Shown here in pieces: positions 54,586 to 64,000 of a stretch of 64,000 bases of DNA. Source of the stretch: a virus; the IMG/VR virus record IMGVR_UViG_3300028920_000064, positions 1 through 64,000 of that record, one strand, 5' to 3'. The notes below the pieces were generated by a model that was not told where the DNA came from, ran no database searches, and saw only the letters and a program-made list of their open reading frames with translations. The translations under genes and the position numbers were made by a program. Position 1 is the first letter of the stretch, and each line of letters begins with the position of its first letter.

Positions 54586-56291
54586 TACGCATCAGATTGT
54601 CCCGCTCCGCTTACACTGAAACCAGCAGCACCCCAGCTCTGGGTAGTTTCAACTTGCTTCTTTGGTGTTCCGCCACCATCTCTTACTCGAATAAACATGG
54701 ATACTGGTGCGGTATAGATACCGGAAAATTGCTCCGTTGCCCCTGTCGCGAGCTTGTCAATGTAAGAAACAAACACATTGTTTCCGGAAGTTGCATTGTC
54801 GGAACTGAAATTTTCGGAACCGGTAAAAGTGAATGTCGAACCCGTCCATGAGGAATAAGCAACCCTGCGATATACCCCACTGTCCGTTTGAATCCGGATT
54901 GTTCCAGTTTGAGGAACGTGGCTGGGAATAGCAACCGTCACTACGGCTTGTGTTTCAGATGCCCCGCTCAACGTGGTATTCAAAGTTCTCCAATCGAAAT
55001 CGATGTCACCTGAATCATTGTCCGTAACCAGCACGTAATCTTCACCGCTTTCCAATCCTGTAACCGCACCGGTCTGGAAGTTGGGAGGTGAATAAGGATT
55101 ACCGTCCAACGCTGTAACACTATCGCTGGAAGCAAGATCGCTTTTTTCAATACCGAAACCGTAGGCACCGATGATAGCTGATCCGGTGGACTGACCACAG
55201 GCCACAAAGGAAACCGAACGGGATGTAACAGTCACATTTACATCACAAGTTGCTCCAGATGAACCACCTGTAATTTCCTGTCCGTCAGTTGGAGCTACCC
55301 CGGTGAGAAGTTGGATATACATCTTTGTCGGAGCAGTAGTGGAATTGATGGCAAGCATCTGTCCAGTTCCACCTGACCACGATACAGCTTCATAGGCATC
55401 GAATGTTCCCGAAGGGTTATCCACGGTAATATCGTGAGTAATACCCCTGAATAACTCCCCATTGAGGCCGTACAGCGTTTCGGATGTACCCCTTCGTTGG
55501 TTCCATTTAATCCACTCGTAGAAATCATTCACAATCGGTGATGCAGGGGAGCTTCCGTTTCCGAAACTCCATTCAGAGTAGTAATACTCATCCACCGTGT
55601 CGTTATTTACGTCAATAGCGGCATATCCTTCCGTATCGTTCGCGAATTGATCGTATGCCGCAACCGTGGCAAGTAGAGTTGTGTTATTCAGGTCATCTTG
55701 ATAAGTCAGGGCGATGGTGTTGTTACCCCGCCCTGTCGGAGCAACCGGGAATTCCCAATAGGACTTTCCCCATTCGCGGGTCTGACCCAAAAGCCTCCGG
55801 CCATCGATGTCCGCTCCACTTGTTCGCACCTTGAGCATAAAACGGTGAGAGATACCCGATCCTGCGTCCGCATTCAAACCAGTAGTCCAGAAATTGGTGA
55901 CCAGCGCACCGTTCTGCACGATCTGCAAATATGTACCCGCTGCCGAATAACATACAAACCCGTCGTAGATTTCATCGCCACCTTCTTGGATGATTGAGCC
56001 GTCATACAGGTGTTCGCTGGCCGTTTGATCGATGTTATACGTCACACCACCACTGCCGGAATGATCTACCAGCGTAATGATGTTATCAGTCGATCTTTCA
56101 GACGGGTTCTTCGTGGTGATGTCAATCTGATCATCCCCAGCATAACTCGCATCATCCGCAAAGGCCTGCAAGCCCCTGTGAAATTCAATAGTGGTTGCGT
56201 ACGAAGGACTTCCCCCTCCGTGCGCATCCCCCACGTACCGGATATTACCGGAGGCTGCCGTGGTTTCCCAATCTGCTGCTACAAAAGCCAT
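54585..56291 (-). CDS. Putative structural (fibre/baseplate-like) protein
   Basis: 568 aa, G/S/T/D-rich beta protein in the structural operon. Confidence 0.6.
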   Translation of the reverse strand: MAFVAADWETTAASGNIRYVGDAHGGGSPSYATTIEFHRGLQAFADDASYAGDDQIDITTKNPSERSTDNIITLVDHSGSGGVTYNIDQTASEHLYDGSIIQEGGDEIYDGFVCYSAAGTYLQIVQNGALVTNFWTTGLNADAGSGISHRFMLKVRTSGADIDGRRLLGQTREWGKSYWEFPVAPTGRGNNTIALTYQDDLNNTTLLATVAAYDQFANDTEGYAAIDVNNDTVDEYYYSEWSFGNGSSPASPIVNDFYEWIKWNQRRGTSETLYGLNGELFRGITHDITVDNPSGTFDAYEAVSWSGGTGQMLAINSTTAPTKMYIQLLTGVAPTDGQEITGGSSGATCDVNVTVTSRSVSFVACGQSTGSAIIGAYGFGIEKSDLASSDSVTALDGNPYSPPNFQTGAVTGLESGEDYVLVTDNDSGDIDFDWRTLNTTLSGASETQAVVTVAIPSHVPQTGTIRIQTDSGVYRRVAYSSWTGSTFTFTGSENFSSDNATSGNNVFVSYIDKLATGATEQFSGIYTAPVSMFIRVRDGGGTPKKQVETTQSWGAAGFSVSGAGQSDA

Positions 56292-56311
56292 AATTTATCA
56301 ATTTTTGCGGT

Positions 56312-56668
56312 TTATATATAATTCAAATATTCCTCTTTTTTTATGTCGTAATGAATGACACCCAACACAAGAGAACGACGCAACATTGTTCCGTCTTTTT
56401 TGCTCAAGGTGAATTTCCTCCACGTGATATGCAAGGGCTCACACGTAATCACGAACCTCGACGCCTCGCCCCGGTGGTAAGTAATGACGATATCCTGTCC
56501 CTTCTCCTCCTCGCTAATCTTCTTCCAGCCCTTTTTTAGCAAAGCAGGTTCCATTTCATAGAGCTCAGAAATCACAGATGGTCGGGCCTTTATGATTTGC
56601 CTTTTGGGTGCAAGAGGCTTAGGCGGGGGGACTCGCTTCTTAACTGGTTTCGACTTTTTCTTTTCCAT
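56312..56668 (-). CDS. Hypothetical protein with basic Pro-rich N-terminus
   Basis: 118 aa; in operon. Confidence 0.55.
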   Translation of the reverse strand: MEKKKSKPVKKRVPPPKPLAPKRQIIKARPSVISELYEMEPALLKKGWKKISEEEKGQDIVITYHRGEASRFVITCEPLHITWRKFTLSKKDGTMLRRSLVLGVIHYDIKKEEYLNYI

Positions 56669-56673
56669 GATTT

Positions 56674-57108
56674 TTAGTCTAAGTTTATTGCTAATGCGTT
56701 GGGCCCAAATTGGGGCTGCACCTCTATGGACACAAGTAGGGGTCCTGGTAATTCTCCATGGAACACCATGTCATCCCCTGTTGGCGTTTTGCAAATTCCG
56801 AAATGAGTGTCTGTCTCGGAGCCTCCGGTGCATTCTGGAAAGTTTATGTTTGCAAAATTTAGTGCTTTGCCGTTGGCCTCTGACCATCCTGCTGCTCCCC
56901 GGGGAACGGCTGCTCGGGCGTACCCGCCCCATGCCGCCTCGTTGGTGATATCGCCATCTTCCCCAGGATCCTGAGTAAGGAGGCATATATAGACATTCCC
57001 ATCTGCCGCCGATGGTTGTACCCCTGCTGCATCCCCCAGGTCTGCAATGGCCTCGTTGAGGAGGATCAGTCTTAGCACCTCTGATTCAAAACTGTTTGTT
57101 GCTCCCAT
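56674..57108 (-). CDS. Tail/fibre-associated structural protein (paralog of 49386-49925)
   Basis: YICLLTQDPGE.G...EAAWGGYAR..VPRGAAGW...THFGI; start placed at MGATNS. Confidence 0.7.
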   Translation of the reverse strand: MGATNSFESEVLRLILLNEAIADLGDAAGVQPSAADGNVYICLLTQDPGEDGDITNEAAWGGYARAAVPRGAAGWSEANGKALNFANINFPECTGGSETDTHFGICKTPTGDDMVFHGELPGPLLVSIEVQPQFGPNALAINLD

Positions 57109-57129
57109 TTCTTCGTTTTTATGTAAATA

Positions 57130-57160
57130 TGCCGTACCCCTGTACATCAAGGATACGGCA
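57130..57160 (-). other. Intergenic stem-loop
   Basis: TGCCGTATCC...GGGTACGGCA inverted repeat without a strong U tract. Confidence 0.45.
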
Positions 57161-57189
57161 CAAATAACATCCTATATCCTGTCAAGCAA

Positions 57190-58116
57190 CTAATCCGCCG
57201 GCTCAAGTTCCTCGTCCAGCTCCTCTGCCCCCTCTGCCATCACAACCTTATTGCCTTTTAAGGCTGTTACAAGCATTTGGGCAAATGAACGATTCCCAAG
57301 ATAGTAATCGTATAGCGCTTCACTGGGATCCGCACCCGGACCAATCTGACAGATAGGCTCATTCTTCTTGCCATTGGCTGTCACCCATGCCCACGTTTTC
57401 TTTGCGACCATGTAAGTGATCAGCTTGCGATCCACTGCATTCTGCAGGTTGGCCCTTACCTCAAGGGTCTGTTCAGCATCGACAAGTTCAAGGAATTTTT
57501 CAACTCCGGTGTGCCTGTCGCGGCCAACCTGGTTCTCAACGGCCAGCTTCACCTGTGCGAAGGATAACTCTTCAACATCGTTGATAAAGTATGCTTTCGC
57601 CACCTGGCGTAGCTTTTTCTCTCCCAGGCCCATCTTTGACGAATAGATCAAAGCCTTGACAGTGGCCATCTCTTCTTCCTTCAATGCTTTTTTCTCAGCT
57701 GTACCTCTCAGATCCTCAATCACACATTTGGGGACCTTTTTGTTCCAGTTCTCCCCTCCTTCCAGGAAGGGGCAGCATTTAAGTAGCCAGTAGATCAACT
57801 CAATGTCAGATTTTTCCAGGATCATTGATCCTCTGAGGATAAGGTTGTGTGGTTGCCATATAACACGGCCATTTGTGCCAATAATTTTATTCTCAGCATA
57901 CCTCCAGCTCTCTGTGCCAGAATCCGTCTTTACGGTAGCAACGAGAGGGAATGAAATAGAGTTTGGTTTGTCCGGTAACCGGTTGTGCTTGCTCCTGCTG
58001 GGGCGCACCCTTGTTTCCGGATAGATTAGCCGAATTGGGAATTTGGGATATTTCTTCTTTACCCAATTGGAGTCTGCCGCAGTCATCTTGTAAACTTCAT
58101 CGTTCTTGTATAACAT
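57190..58116 (-). CDS. Conserved protein downstream of the MCP (position of crAss gene 75-like proteins)
   Basis: 308 aa, helical C-terminal half; called from synteny only. Confidence 0.5.
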   Translation of the reverse strand: MLYKNDEVYKMTAADSNWVKKKYPKFPIRLIYPETRVRPSRSKHNRLPDKPNSISFPLVATVKTDSGTESWRYAENKIIGTNGRVIWQPHNLILRGSMILEKSDIELIYWLLKCCPFLEGGENWNKKVPKCVIEDLRGTAEKKALKEEEMATVKALIYSSKMGLGEKKLRQVAKAYFINDVEELSFAQVKLAVENQVGRDRHTGVEKFLELVDAEQTLEVRANLQNAVDRKLITYMVAKKTWAWVTANGKKNEPICQIGPGADPSEALYDYYLGNRSFAQMLVTALKGNKVVMAEGAEELDEELEPAD

Positions 58117-58142
58117 AGCTTGTGTTTGATTAATTAGTGATT

Positions 58143-58173
58143 AAAAAGGAAGGCCCCGAAGGACCTCCCCTTT
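58143..58173 (-). terminator. Intrinsic terminator after the major capsid gene
   Basis: GGGAGGTCC-TTCG-GGGCCTTCC followed by T5; cUUCGg tetraloop. Confidence 0.88.
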
Positions 58174-58191
58174 ATTTGGTTATTGATCGGC

Positions 58192-59574
58192 CTATGCGGG
58201 CTCCATCAGGACCATCTGATTTCCTCCACGGAAATGCGCTCCCACATGGCACCTTTGATAGGTTTCCCTCTTGTCAAACTCAGTGACCTTCAGGCCCTCT
58301 CCGGCTCCACCAACCTGCCAGACTTCCATTCTCCGGTTGTATTTGCCTAAGCCACGGTACCTTGTACCAATGGACTCAACCATGTTCCCGGAAACGGGGT
58401 CTTTCTTCTTGTTGATGGGCAGGAACATACCAAGTTTGGGACCGATGTTCTCATACCCGGTGGCTCCGTAGAGCTTGGGGTTGTTGAGTACACCCATCCT
58501 TTTGAACAGGTAGGTTCTCTCAGACTTGGTGAGGTACTTGAAGTTCACCGATGCTCCCAGGGACTCATTGGCGTTGAACAGCACCTCGTTGGTAGTCTGC
58601 CTTGCATAGACGATGTTGGTGTCTGCAAAGTAGCTTACCAGGCTGTTCTCAATGTCCTGGTGCAGGGTGATCCCAAGCAAACCAAGGATATAATTGCCTG
58701 CTCCCTCACGGTCAAGGGTGTTGTCCATCTCGTCAAATTCCAGCACATCGAATGCACCGGAGGTGTACGACTGCTCGTTTCCTACCCTACGGATATAGGG
58801 CACCATTCCCTCGGTGGTCTTGATGGGCCGACCAGTTTCGGGATCAACGAGCAGGGTGTTGACGGTTCTCTTACCAAACAACAGCGCACCATCGATGCGG
58901 AGTGCGGTTCGGTAATCGATGTCCACTTGACCCAGGTGGTAGTAGGCATTGGTTTTGGCTCCCATGGTATTTACCTGGAACCAGGTCTGATTGACCATTT
59001 CTGAACCAGTTACACCGATAGTCTCTTTGATGATCTGAGCATCGTTCTCATACTCCCAAGTTCCCCTGACAGCAGGATCGGGCTGGCCGGATCCTTCAGA
59101 GAAAGCGTTGGAGGTAATGATCAACTCATCACCGGCAGCCAGGGCCGGGAATTGCTCGGTATCATCATTAAGCCTACAGGTAATTTCTGGTGCAGTGGGT
59201 GTGGTCACATCAATGTCGATCACCGATCCCGTCACTTCATTGGGGAATAGGATAATATCCCATAGCCGTACATAGAAGTTATTATTGGCATCCAGTGAGT
59301 TTGCATCAAGCACGAACACGATGTCGGCACCAATGGCCGGCTGTGCTACAATCGCGTCTACAATGCAGACTTCGTGGATTCGGTTCTCTTCATAATGTGA
59401 GTAGGTATCAAGACTTACCTCCTTCTCAAATCCCATGGACCTGAGCAGCTGGAAGTAAGATGCCCCCTGATCTCCGTAACGGGAGAACAAAGTATTCAGC
59501 TTCTCGGGCTTGTGAATGTCAAACCCGGAGATGATGTCTGAGGCGTATATTTGCGCAATAGCATCTGGATTCAT
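58192..59574 (-). CDS. Major capsid protein (crAss-like, HK97 fold)
   Basis: 460 aa; N..QIIKET..VTGS, LLFG, TTEG..PYI...G; position after portal/scaffold; strong terminator. Confidence 0.85.
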   Translation of the reverse strand: MNPDAIAQIYASDIISGFDIHKPEKLNTLFSRYGDQGASYFQLLRSMGFEKEVSLDTYSHYEENRIHEVCIVDAIVAQPAIGADIVFVLDANSLDANNNFYVRLWDIILFPNEVTGSVIDIDVTTPTAPEITCRLNDDTEQFPALAAGDELIITSNAFSEGSGQPDPAVRGTWEYENDAQIIKETIGVTGSEMVNQTWFQVNTMGAKTNAYYHLGQVDIDYRTALRIDGALLFGKRTVNTLLVDPETGRPIKTTEGMVPYIRRVGNEQSYTSGAFDVLEFDEMDNTLDREGAGNYILGLLGITLHQDIENSLVSYFADTNIVYARQTTNEVLFNANESLGASVNFKYLTKSERTYLFKRMGVLNNPKLYGATGYENIGPKLGMFLPINKKKDPVSGNMVESIGTRYRGLGKYNRRMEVWQVGGAGEGLKVTEFDKRETYQRCHVGAHFRGGNQMVLMEPA

Positions 59575-59624
59575 AATTTCTGTCTTTTTTGATTAAACAT
59601 AATACACACCTCTTACTTGATCAA

Positions 59625-60839
59625 TTACTGGTCATAAGCCCCCATTTCTGCATTGAATATCTCGTCCTGCTGCTTCTCAAGATCCGTTTGTGGCGGAGTT
59701 GGAGGTGCAGGAGGCGCGTCGTTATTCCTGGCCGGTGATGGATTTTCATAGAGAGCGTGGACCTGTTCCTCTGTCAGACTTCTCGCCTTCTCAAATACGG
59801 AATGGACGATTTCTGGAATCTTGTTTACCATCAATGTGTTATACACCATGGTAGAGATTGTCTGTACATTTGTTTCGTTCAGTTCCATCTGGTTCTGAAC
59901 GGCATAATTCTGGACAAACTCCTGGATCTCTTTTTGCTCGGATTCTGAAATTTCATAGTCCAAAAGAGGCTCCTTTCCATTTTTGATAGGTACTTTCAGT
60001 TTCGACAGTGCAGTGCTGACGTTCTTGCCCACGTTACTCCAACCGGTCTGCAAGGTTGCTTTTTCCTCCGGAGTTAACTCCTTCGGCTTCTCCGGCTCTA
60101 GGCTTTGCTCAGGCACCTTCAGTTTGGCCTTGATCTCTTGTAGAGCCTTTTTTGCGGATGTTCCATCTGCATCCAATCCCAATTTGTTGACTTCAAGTTC
60201 AGCCTCGTCAACTTGTTCCGGATCCACATTGTACTTTTTCTCAAAGTATTTTCTGATCTGTGGCTCCTTCCCTGACTGTTCGGGGTGATCTAGCACGTAT
60301 TTGGTTATCAATGCTTCCATGGAGTCCATGGTCGCTACATCCGCGCTGTTGATCTTGTGAAATACCCCGTAGTCCCTGGTCCCGGTTTCCTTGACAAACT
60401 CATTGAACAAAGCCACTTCGTCGTTTGCGAAGTTTGTTTTGGGCTTCAAATTGAGTTTTTCTTCCAGTTCAGCCTTGGCCTGTCTCAGGCTTTCGACCTC
60501 ATCTAATATACCGGGTATATTCGCGGTTTTGACCTCATCAACACTCTTAAAGCGATCACCGAAAATCTCTTTCAGTAAAACGTCCGGTGCTGGTGGATCA
60601 GGCTCCGCAGGTGGTGTGGCCGGGGGTGTGCCCCCTGCCGGTTCCGGAGTGTCTGGCGGTGTTCCCCCTGATGGAGGATCAGTCGGCGGAGGATCTCCTT
60701 GTGGGGGATCTCCCGCTGGTGGATCTTCCTGGGGGGCACCTGCCTGCTTTAAAAGCTCTTCCGGATTCATACCCTCAACATCCTGCAATGCAGCAAATTC
60801 AGGGTTGTTTTTGATTTCTTCAAATGATTGTTTCGCCAT
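59625..60839 (-). CDS. Putative capsid scaffolding protein
   Basis: Acidic, Pro-rich N-terminus, coiled coils; between portal and MCP. Confidence 0.6.
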   Translation of the reverse strand: MAKQSFEEIKNNPEFAALQDVEGMNPEELLKQAGAPQEDPPAGDPPQGDPPPTDPPSGGTPPDTPEPAGGTPPATPPAEPDPPAPDVLLKEIFGDRFKSVDEVKTANIPGILDEVESLRQAKAELEEKLNLKPKTNFANDEVALFNEFVKETGTRDYGVFHKINSADVATMDSMEALITKYVLDHPEQSGKEPQIRKYFEKKYNVDPEQVDEAELEVNKLGLDADGTSAKKALQEIKAKLKVPEQSLEPEKPKELTPEEKATLQTGWSNVGKNVSTALSKLKVPIKNGKEPLLDYEISESEQKEIQEFVQNYAVQNQMELNETNVQTISTMVYNTLMVNKIPEIVHSVFEKARSLTEEQVHALYENPSPARNNDAPPAPPTPPQTDLEKQQDEIFNAEMGAYDQ

Positions 60840-60841
60840 GA

Positions 60842-63145
60842 TTACGCCGATTTTTGTGGTTGTTGTTCTGCTATTTTACTATCCAATGTTTTTTCCAATG
60901 TGATCTCCTCCATTTTGAAGCCATGCTTCTCCTTCTCATTTCTGAGTTCAAGATCAGCCTTATGCGATTCCTCGGATTTTTTCAACTCACTTTCAAATTC
61001 TTTTTCTTTCCTGGCCAGTTCAGATTTGATCTGTGCTGACTCCTGCTCCCGCTTGCCATCAAGCTCCATATTCTCCCTCTGTATCTGCAGCTGACGTTCC
61101 TTATTCTTCTTGCTTCGGAAGCTCAACATGATCTCGGCCAGCTTCTCATTGCCGGCCTCCAACAGCCTTTCGATCATCATAAAGTCTTGTTCTTCGATAC
61201 CCACATACCCATCCTTGTCTGGCTGCATTGCTTTCATGGCCGATTCCAGGATCAGCTGTTTTCTTTGCTGTGTCGGCTTGGCCTGGATCTGTATCTCCCA
61301 ATCAGCATCAAGCGTTTCTGCACCAACAGATAGTATTTTGACACCGGCCCCTCCCACTACAGGGATGTATCCTTCATAGGCTTTTTTGTCGTGACGGACC
61401 AGTACCTGCATACGTATGGCACATGCCCTGGCAACAAGCTCTTTCAATCGTATGTACCCTGCATAGATTGGCTTCAGAGCATTGTTGGTGGCTGCAATAG
61501 CCATCTCTGCACCGCCAACACTTTGGTTGGGATCCGGATTGCTGGCATCAGCGATCTGGTTAATGCCGGTGAGATCTCGGATGAAATTCAGGTTTAGATC
61601 AAATAGTGTGATGAATTCCTGCAGCTGAGGACCGATACCGCCTGTCAGTTCCTGGATCGGGCGCATACCCCCGGGGATGTTCTGTTTTCCCATGTGGGTT
61701 GTCATCTTGTAGATCAGGTCCCCGGTGTCCCTTCGGATCGAAAGGATCTCCAACGGCTCCATCTTCTCTCCGCCCAGCTTCATATTCATCAGTGAGGTGT
61801 ATTCCACTGCAACACCTGAGTTGGCAGACATAGCCAGGGCGTTTTGCATCTTCAGCCAGGTCAGCTGGATCTGGTCAAGGTTGGGCACGGAAAGACTGAC
61901 GATTGAACGTCCTGGGAGTTTGTAGAATTTAAAAGACAACTCAACCTCCTTCTTGCCTGGTCGGGGGACATCGTACTGTAAACCGTAGTCATAGACATAC
62001 TCTGTGCCCACAATCCACTTGGCCCTGTAAACGACCTTGAACTTGCTCTGGATGGTTTTTTTGGTTTCTGTGTCATAGAACTTCCCATCTTTTTCTTCAT
62101 ACATCAGTGTTTCGCCCCGGGAATTGGTTCTCTTGGTAAAATTCTTTGAGTTGACGGAGAACCACTCAGCGTCCATGACATCAATCATAAAATTGTCGTA
62201 CTTCCACCCGCCGCCACTGATCTGCAGATCCTCTTCGGTCCAGGACGAAAGATTTTGGTTCCCGTTCCTTCCGTTGTAAAACTGAGCCAGGTTGCGAAGT
62301 TTTTCCTCAGACAGATCGGTGTTTTTGCGAAGATTGGAAATTGTTTCGGAAATCAGCTCTCCTGCATATTCTGAGTTCCTGTGGTCCCAATGGCGGGAGT
62401 ATTGCATGATCAGCTTGAGGGGATCCACATAGCGGGACTTAACCTTTCGGGTGTATATGTCCGTAAAATCCCTTACAGATCCACAATTGATGGTGGCAAA
62501 ATCATCAAGCATCTTTCGCTTGATCTCCTTCCAGTCGGAGATATACATCGTGTAGGCCAACCCCTCCTCAATCTCTGTCTCCTTGGCCAGCTTGAAGCCT
62601 CCCACTTGCTGATACATCTCAAGCTCGTCCACCGTCTCGGGGATCCATTCTGGTTCTGGCTTGTAACCGGCCATGGTGTTGACAGCATCAACAATCGGCT
62701 TATACCTCCCCTTGAACCATTTGCGTAGCTTGTTCAGTTCGCGCTCATCGTTGCTTTTGGGGTCAACGGCTGTGGCCACGATAGAGTGTTCCTGTTCCTC
62801 AAAGATGCCTCGTATGATGTGAAGAAATTTGGGCATAACTGAAAAAATCTCCCAGTTAACATTCATGTATCCTGTGAGATCTCCCCCTTCTTCTGATTCG
62901 TCCAGAAGAATATCCTGATATTTGCCTACATCCTGGGTGCCGGCAGCGTATAATCTGAGGTTGTGAAGTTCGTCAATTGTTGAATATGGGACCCCGGCCC
63001 TGTCGGTAACATACGCTGCGTACATAGCCTCGCACCACTTTCTGCACCATTCAGCACCTTTTTCTTCAGTTGGTATCTCGTCTTTGGGAAAAGCGTATGA
63101 ACCACGCTGATAGGAGCTTATTGTATTTAACACTGCGTTGGCCAT
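60842..63145 (-). CDS. Portal protein (crAss-like)
   Basis: 767 aa; LRLYA.G.Q...KY, MPKF..II.G, YVDP, IRDLTGIN...DAS.P; C-terminal coiled-coil barrel; follows the terminase. Confidence 0.88.
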   Translation of the reverse strand: MANAVLNTISSYQRGSYAFPKDEIPTEEKGAEWCRKWCEAMYAAYVTDRAGVPYSTIDELHNLRLYAAGTQDVGKYQDILLDESEEGGDLTGYMNVNWEIFSVMPKFLHIIRGIFEEQEHSIVATAVDPKSNDERELNKLRKWFKGRYKPIVDAVNTMAGYKPEPEWIPETVDELEMYQQVGGFKLAKETEIEEGLAYTMYISDWKEIKRKMLDDFATINCGSVRDFTDIYTRKVKSRYVDPLKLIMQYSRHWDHRNSEYAGELISETISNLRKNTDLSEEKLRNLAQFYNGRNGNQNLSSWTEEDLQISGGGWKYDNFMIDVMDAEWFSVNSKNFTKRTNSRGETLMYEEKDGKFYDTETKKTIQSKFKVVYRAKWIVGTEYVYDYGLQYDVPRPGKKEVELSFKFYKLPGRSIVSLSVPNLDQIQLTWLKMQNALAMSANSGVAVEYTSLMNMKLGGEKMEPLEILSIRRDTGDLIYKMTTHMGKQNIPGGMRPIQELTGGIGPQLQEFITLFDLNLNFIRDLTGINQIADASNPDPNQSVGGAEMAIAATNNALKPIYAGYIRLKELVARACAIRMQVLVRHDKKAYEGYIPVVGGAGVKILSVGAETLDADWEIQIQAKPTQQRKQLILESAMKAMQPDKDGYVGIEEQDFMMIERLLEAGNEKLAEIMLSFRSKKNKERQLQIQRENMELDGKREQESAQIKSELARKEKEFESELKKSEESHKADLELRNEKEKHGFKMEEITLEKTLDSKIAEQQPQKSA

Positions 63146-63162
63146 GGTCTGTTATGTTTTGC

Positions 63163-63193
63163 CTAAGATATGAAATAATTTACCTACGGTAAA
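63163..63193 (-). promoter_or_regulatory. Possible variant promoter of the portal/capsid operon
   Basis: TTTA, 19-nt spacer, TATCTTAG; each box is one mismatch from the Bacteroidota consensus. Confidence 0.35.
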
Positions 63194-64000
63194 CCCTCTT
63201 CCTGTGGAATTTGGTGATATCCACCTCTTCATTTTCTAATTCTTCCAGTTCATCATATATCCCGGCAGTACCCAAAAGGGCATATCCACCCGCTGAAAAC
63301 AAGTCGTAGTCGGTCATCTCTTCGGGTCCGGCAATGTCCCTGCATTCCTCCAAAAGTTCAATATGGTTCTCTTCATCAGCCTCGTACTCTATGAAGTTCA
63401 TGTACTCTCCAAAAATGTCCTGCTTGATCTTGTCATTCGTGTTTGCACCAGGCGTTTTACCCTGTTGAAAAGTTTTTGGATCTACTCTATAAAGCAGGAA
63501 TGCTGAATAACCCCTTTGCTCAAAGTAATCCCATAGGAGATCTACGTTGATTTCTGGAAACATTTGAACACCATAGTAGACGCACATCATCAGCATGTCC
63601 TCTGCATATTCGTACTTATCATAGGTGCGATTTGAGTATGTGCAGACAAATTTCCGCTTCATGGAAAAGTCCCCGTCCTTCACCTTCCCTTTCCGGACCA
63701 CTGCTCCACCTCCTTTGGATTTGCGGTTCCCCTCTGTCTTGTTGAATTTGAAAGGGTCACCCCCGGCCACTCCCCAGGATGTGTTGCCTGCTTTCCATGA
63801 TTCAAACTCGTCTGACCAGAATTTTCTGTTGGCCTCATTATCATTCAGCTGATGTGATACCCTGAACTTGCCTCCTTTGCGGGCAATAAACTCTACCCTG
63901 GTGTCCCGGTCATTGTTCACCCACCTGAAATCACCAGCAACAGGCATGGCTGATCCTTCCTTGAAGCGAAGCTCATCGATGTATGTCTCAAGTTTTTGCA
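63180..64000 (-). CDS. terL: Terminase large subunit, C-terminal nuclease domain (5' end outside the window)
   Basis: Frame stays open to the window edge; GGDPF, Y..R....EYAEDMLMMCVYYG....PEIN, T.YDL..A.G.AL; adjacent to the portal gene. Confidence 0.88.
   Translation of the reverse strand, partial: QKLETYIDELRFKEGSAMPVAGDFRWVNNDRDTRVEFIARKGGKFRVSHQLNDNEANRKFWSDEFESWKAGNTSWGVAGGDPFKFNKTEGNRKSKGGGAVVRKGKVKDGDFSMKRKFVCTYSNRTYDKYEYAEDMLMMCVYYGVQMFPEINVDLLWDYFEQRGYSAFLLYRVDPKTFQQGKTPGANTNDKIKQDIFGEYMNFIEYEADEENHIELLEECRDIAGPEEMTDYDLFSAGGYALLGTAGIYDELEELENEEVDITKFHRKRVYRR

Larger units (their letters stand above)
1..64000. mobile_element. Part of a crAss-like (Crassvirales-related) Bacteroidota phage genome
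   Basis: Gene order terminase-portal-scaffold-MCP...rings-muzzle-cargo; dense phage gene packing; no host housekeeping genes; Bacteroidota-type promoters. Confidence 0.88.

Noticed and set aside
1-64000. Stop-codon reassignment as seen in some crAss-like phages
   Set aside because: ORFs of 4434, 2947 and 1248 aa are uninterrupted in the standard code, and TAA, TAG and TGA all end tightly packed genes

Overview
This window is about 64 kb of a tailed dsDNA phage genome with a crAss-like (Crassvirales-type) virion module, most likely infecting Bacteroidota. The host call rests on TTTG-N19/20-TAnnTTTG promoters and on PcfK/PcfJ, DUF3127 and DUF5675 genes. The standard genetic code reads all long ORFs without interruption. 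Right to left on the minus strand: terminase C-terminus, portal, scaffold-like protein, major capsid protein, a fibre/LamG cassette bracketed by two paralogous genes, a 2947-aa repeat-rich tail fibre with a C-terminal S74 chaperone, and three ring proteins interrupted by three tiny K/R-rich genes. Next come the muzzle, two small cargo proteins and a 4434-aa DarB-like polyvalent protein (adenine MTase, Strawberry-notch SF2 helicase, HExxH peptidase, LPD38-like C-terminus), which sits where crAss phages normally encode the virion RNA polymerase. A lysis cassette and a replication/recombination operon follow (primase-helicase, GroES, YqaJ, RusA, DUF3127, minimal PolX, RecT). The convergent plus-strand operon (383-5451) resembles an anti-defence region: RadC/JAB, PcfK (AcrIIA9-like), PcfJ and small unknowns. 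Four short genes missing from the ORF track were recovered by hand translation. No RNA polymerase, replicative DNA polymerase, tRNA, CRISPR array, reverse transcriptase or integrase was recognised. All family calls come from motif recognition and synteny, not database searches.
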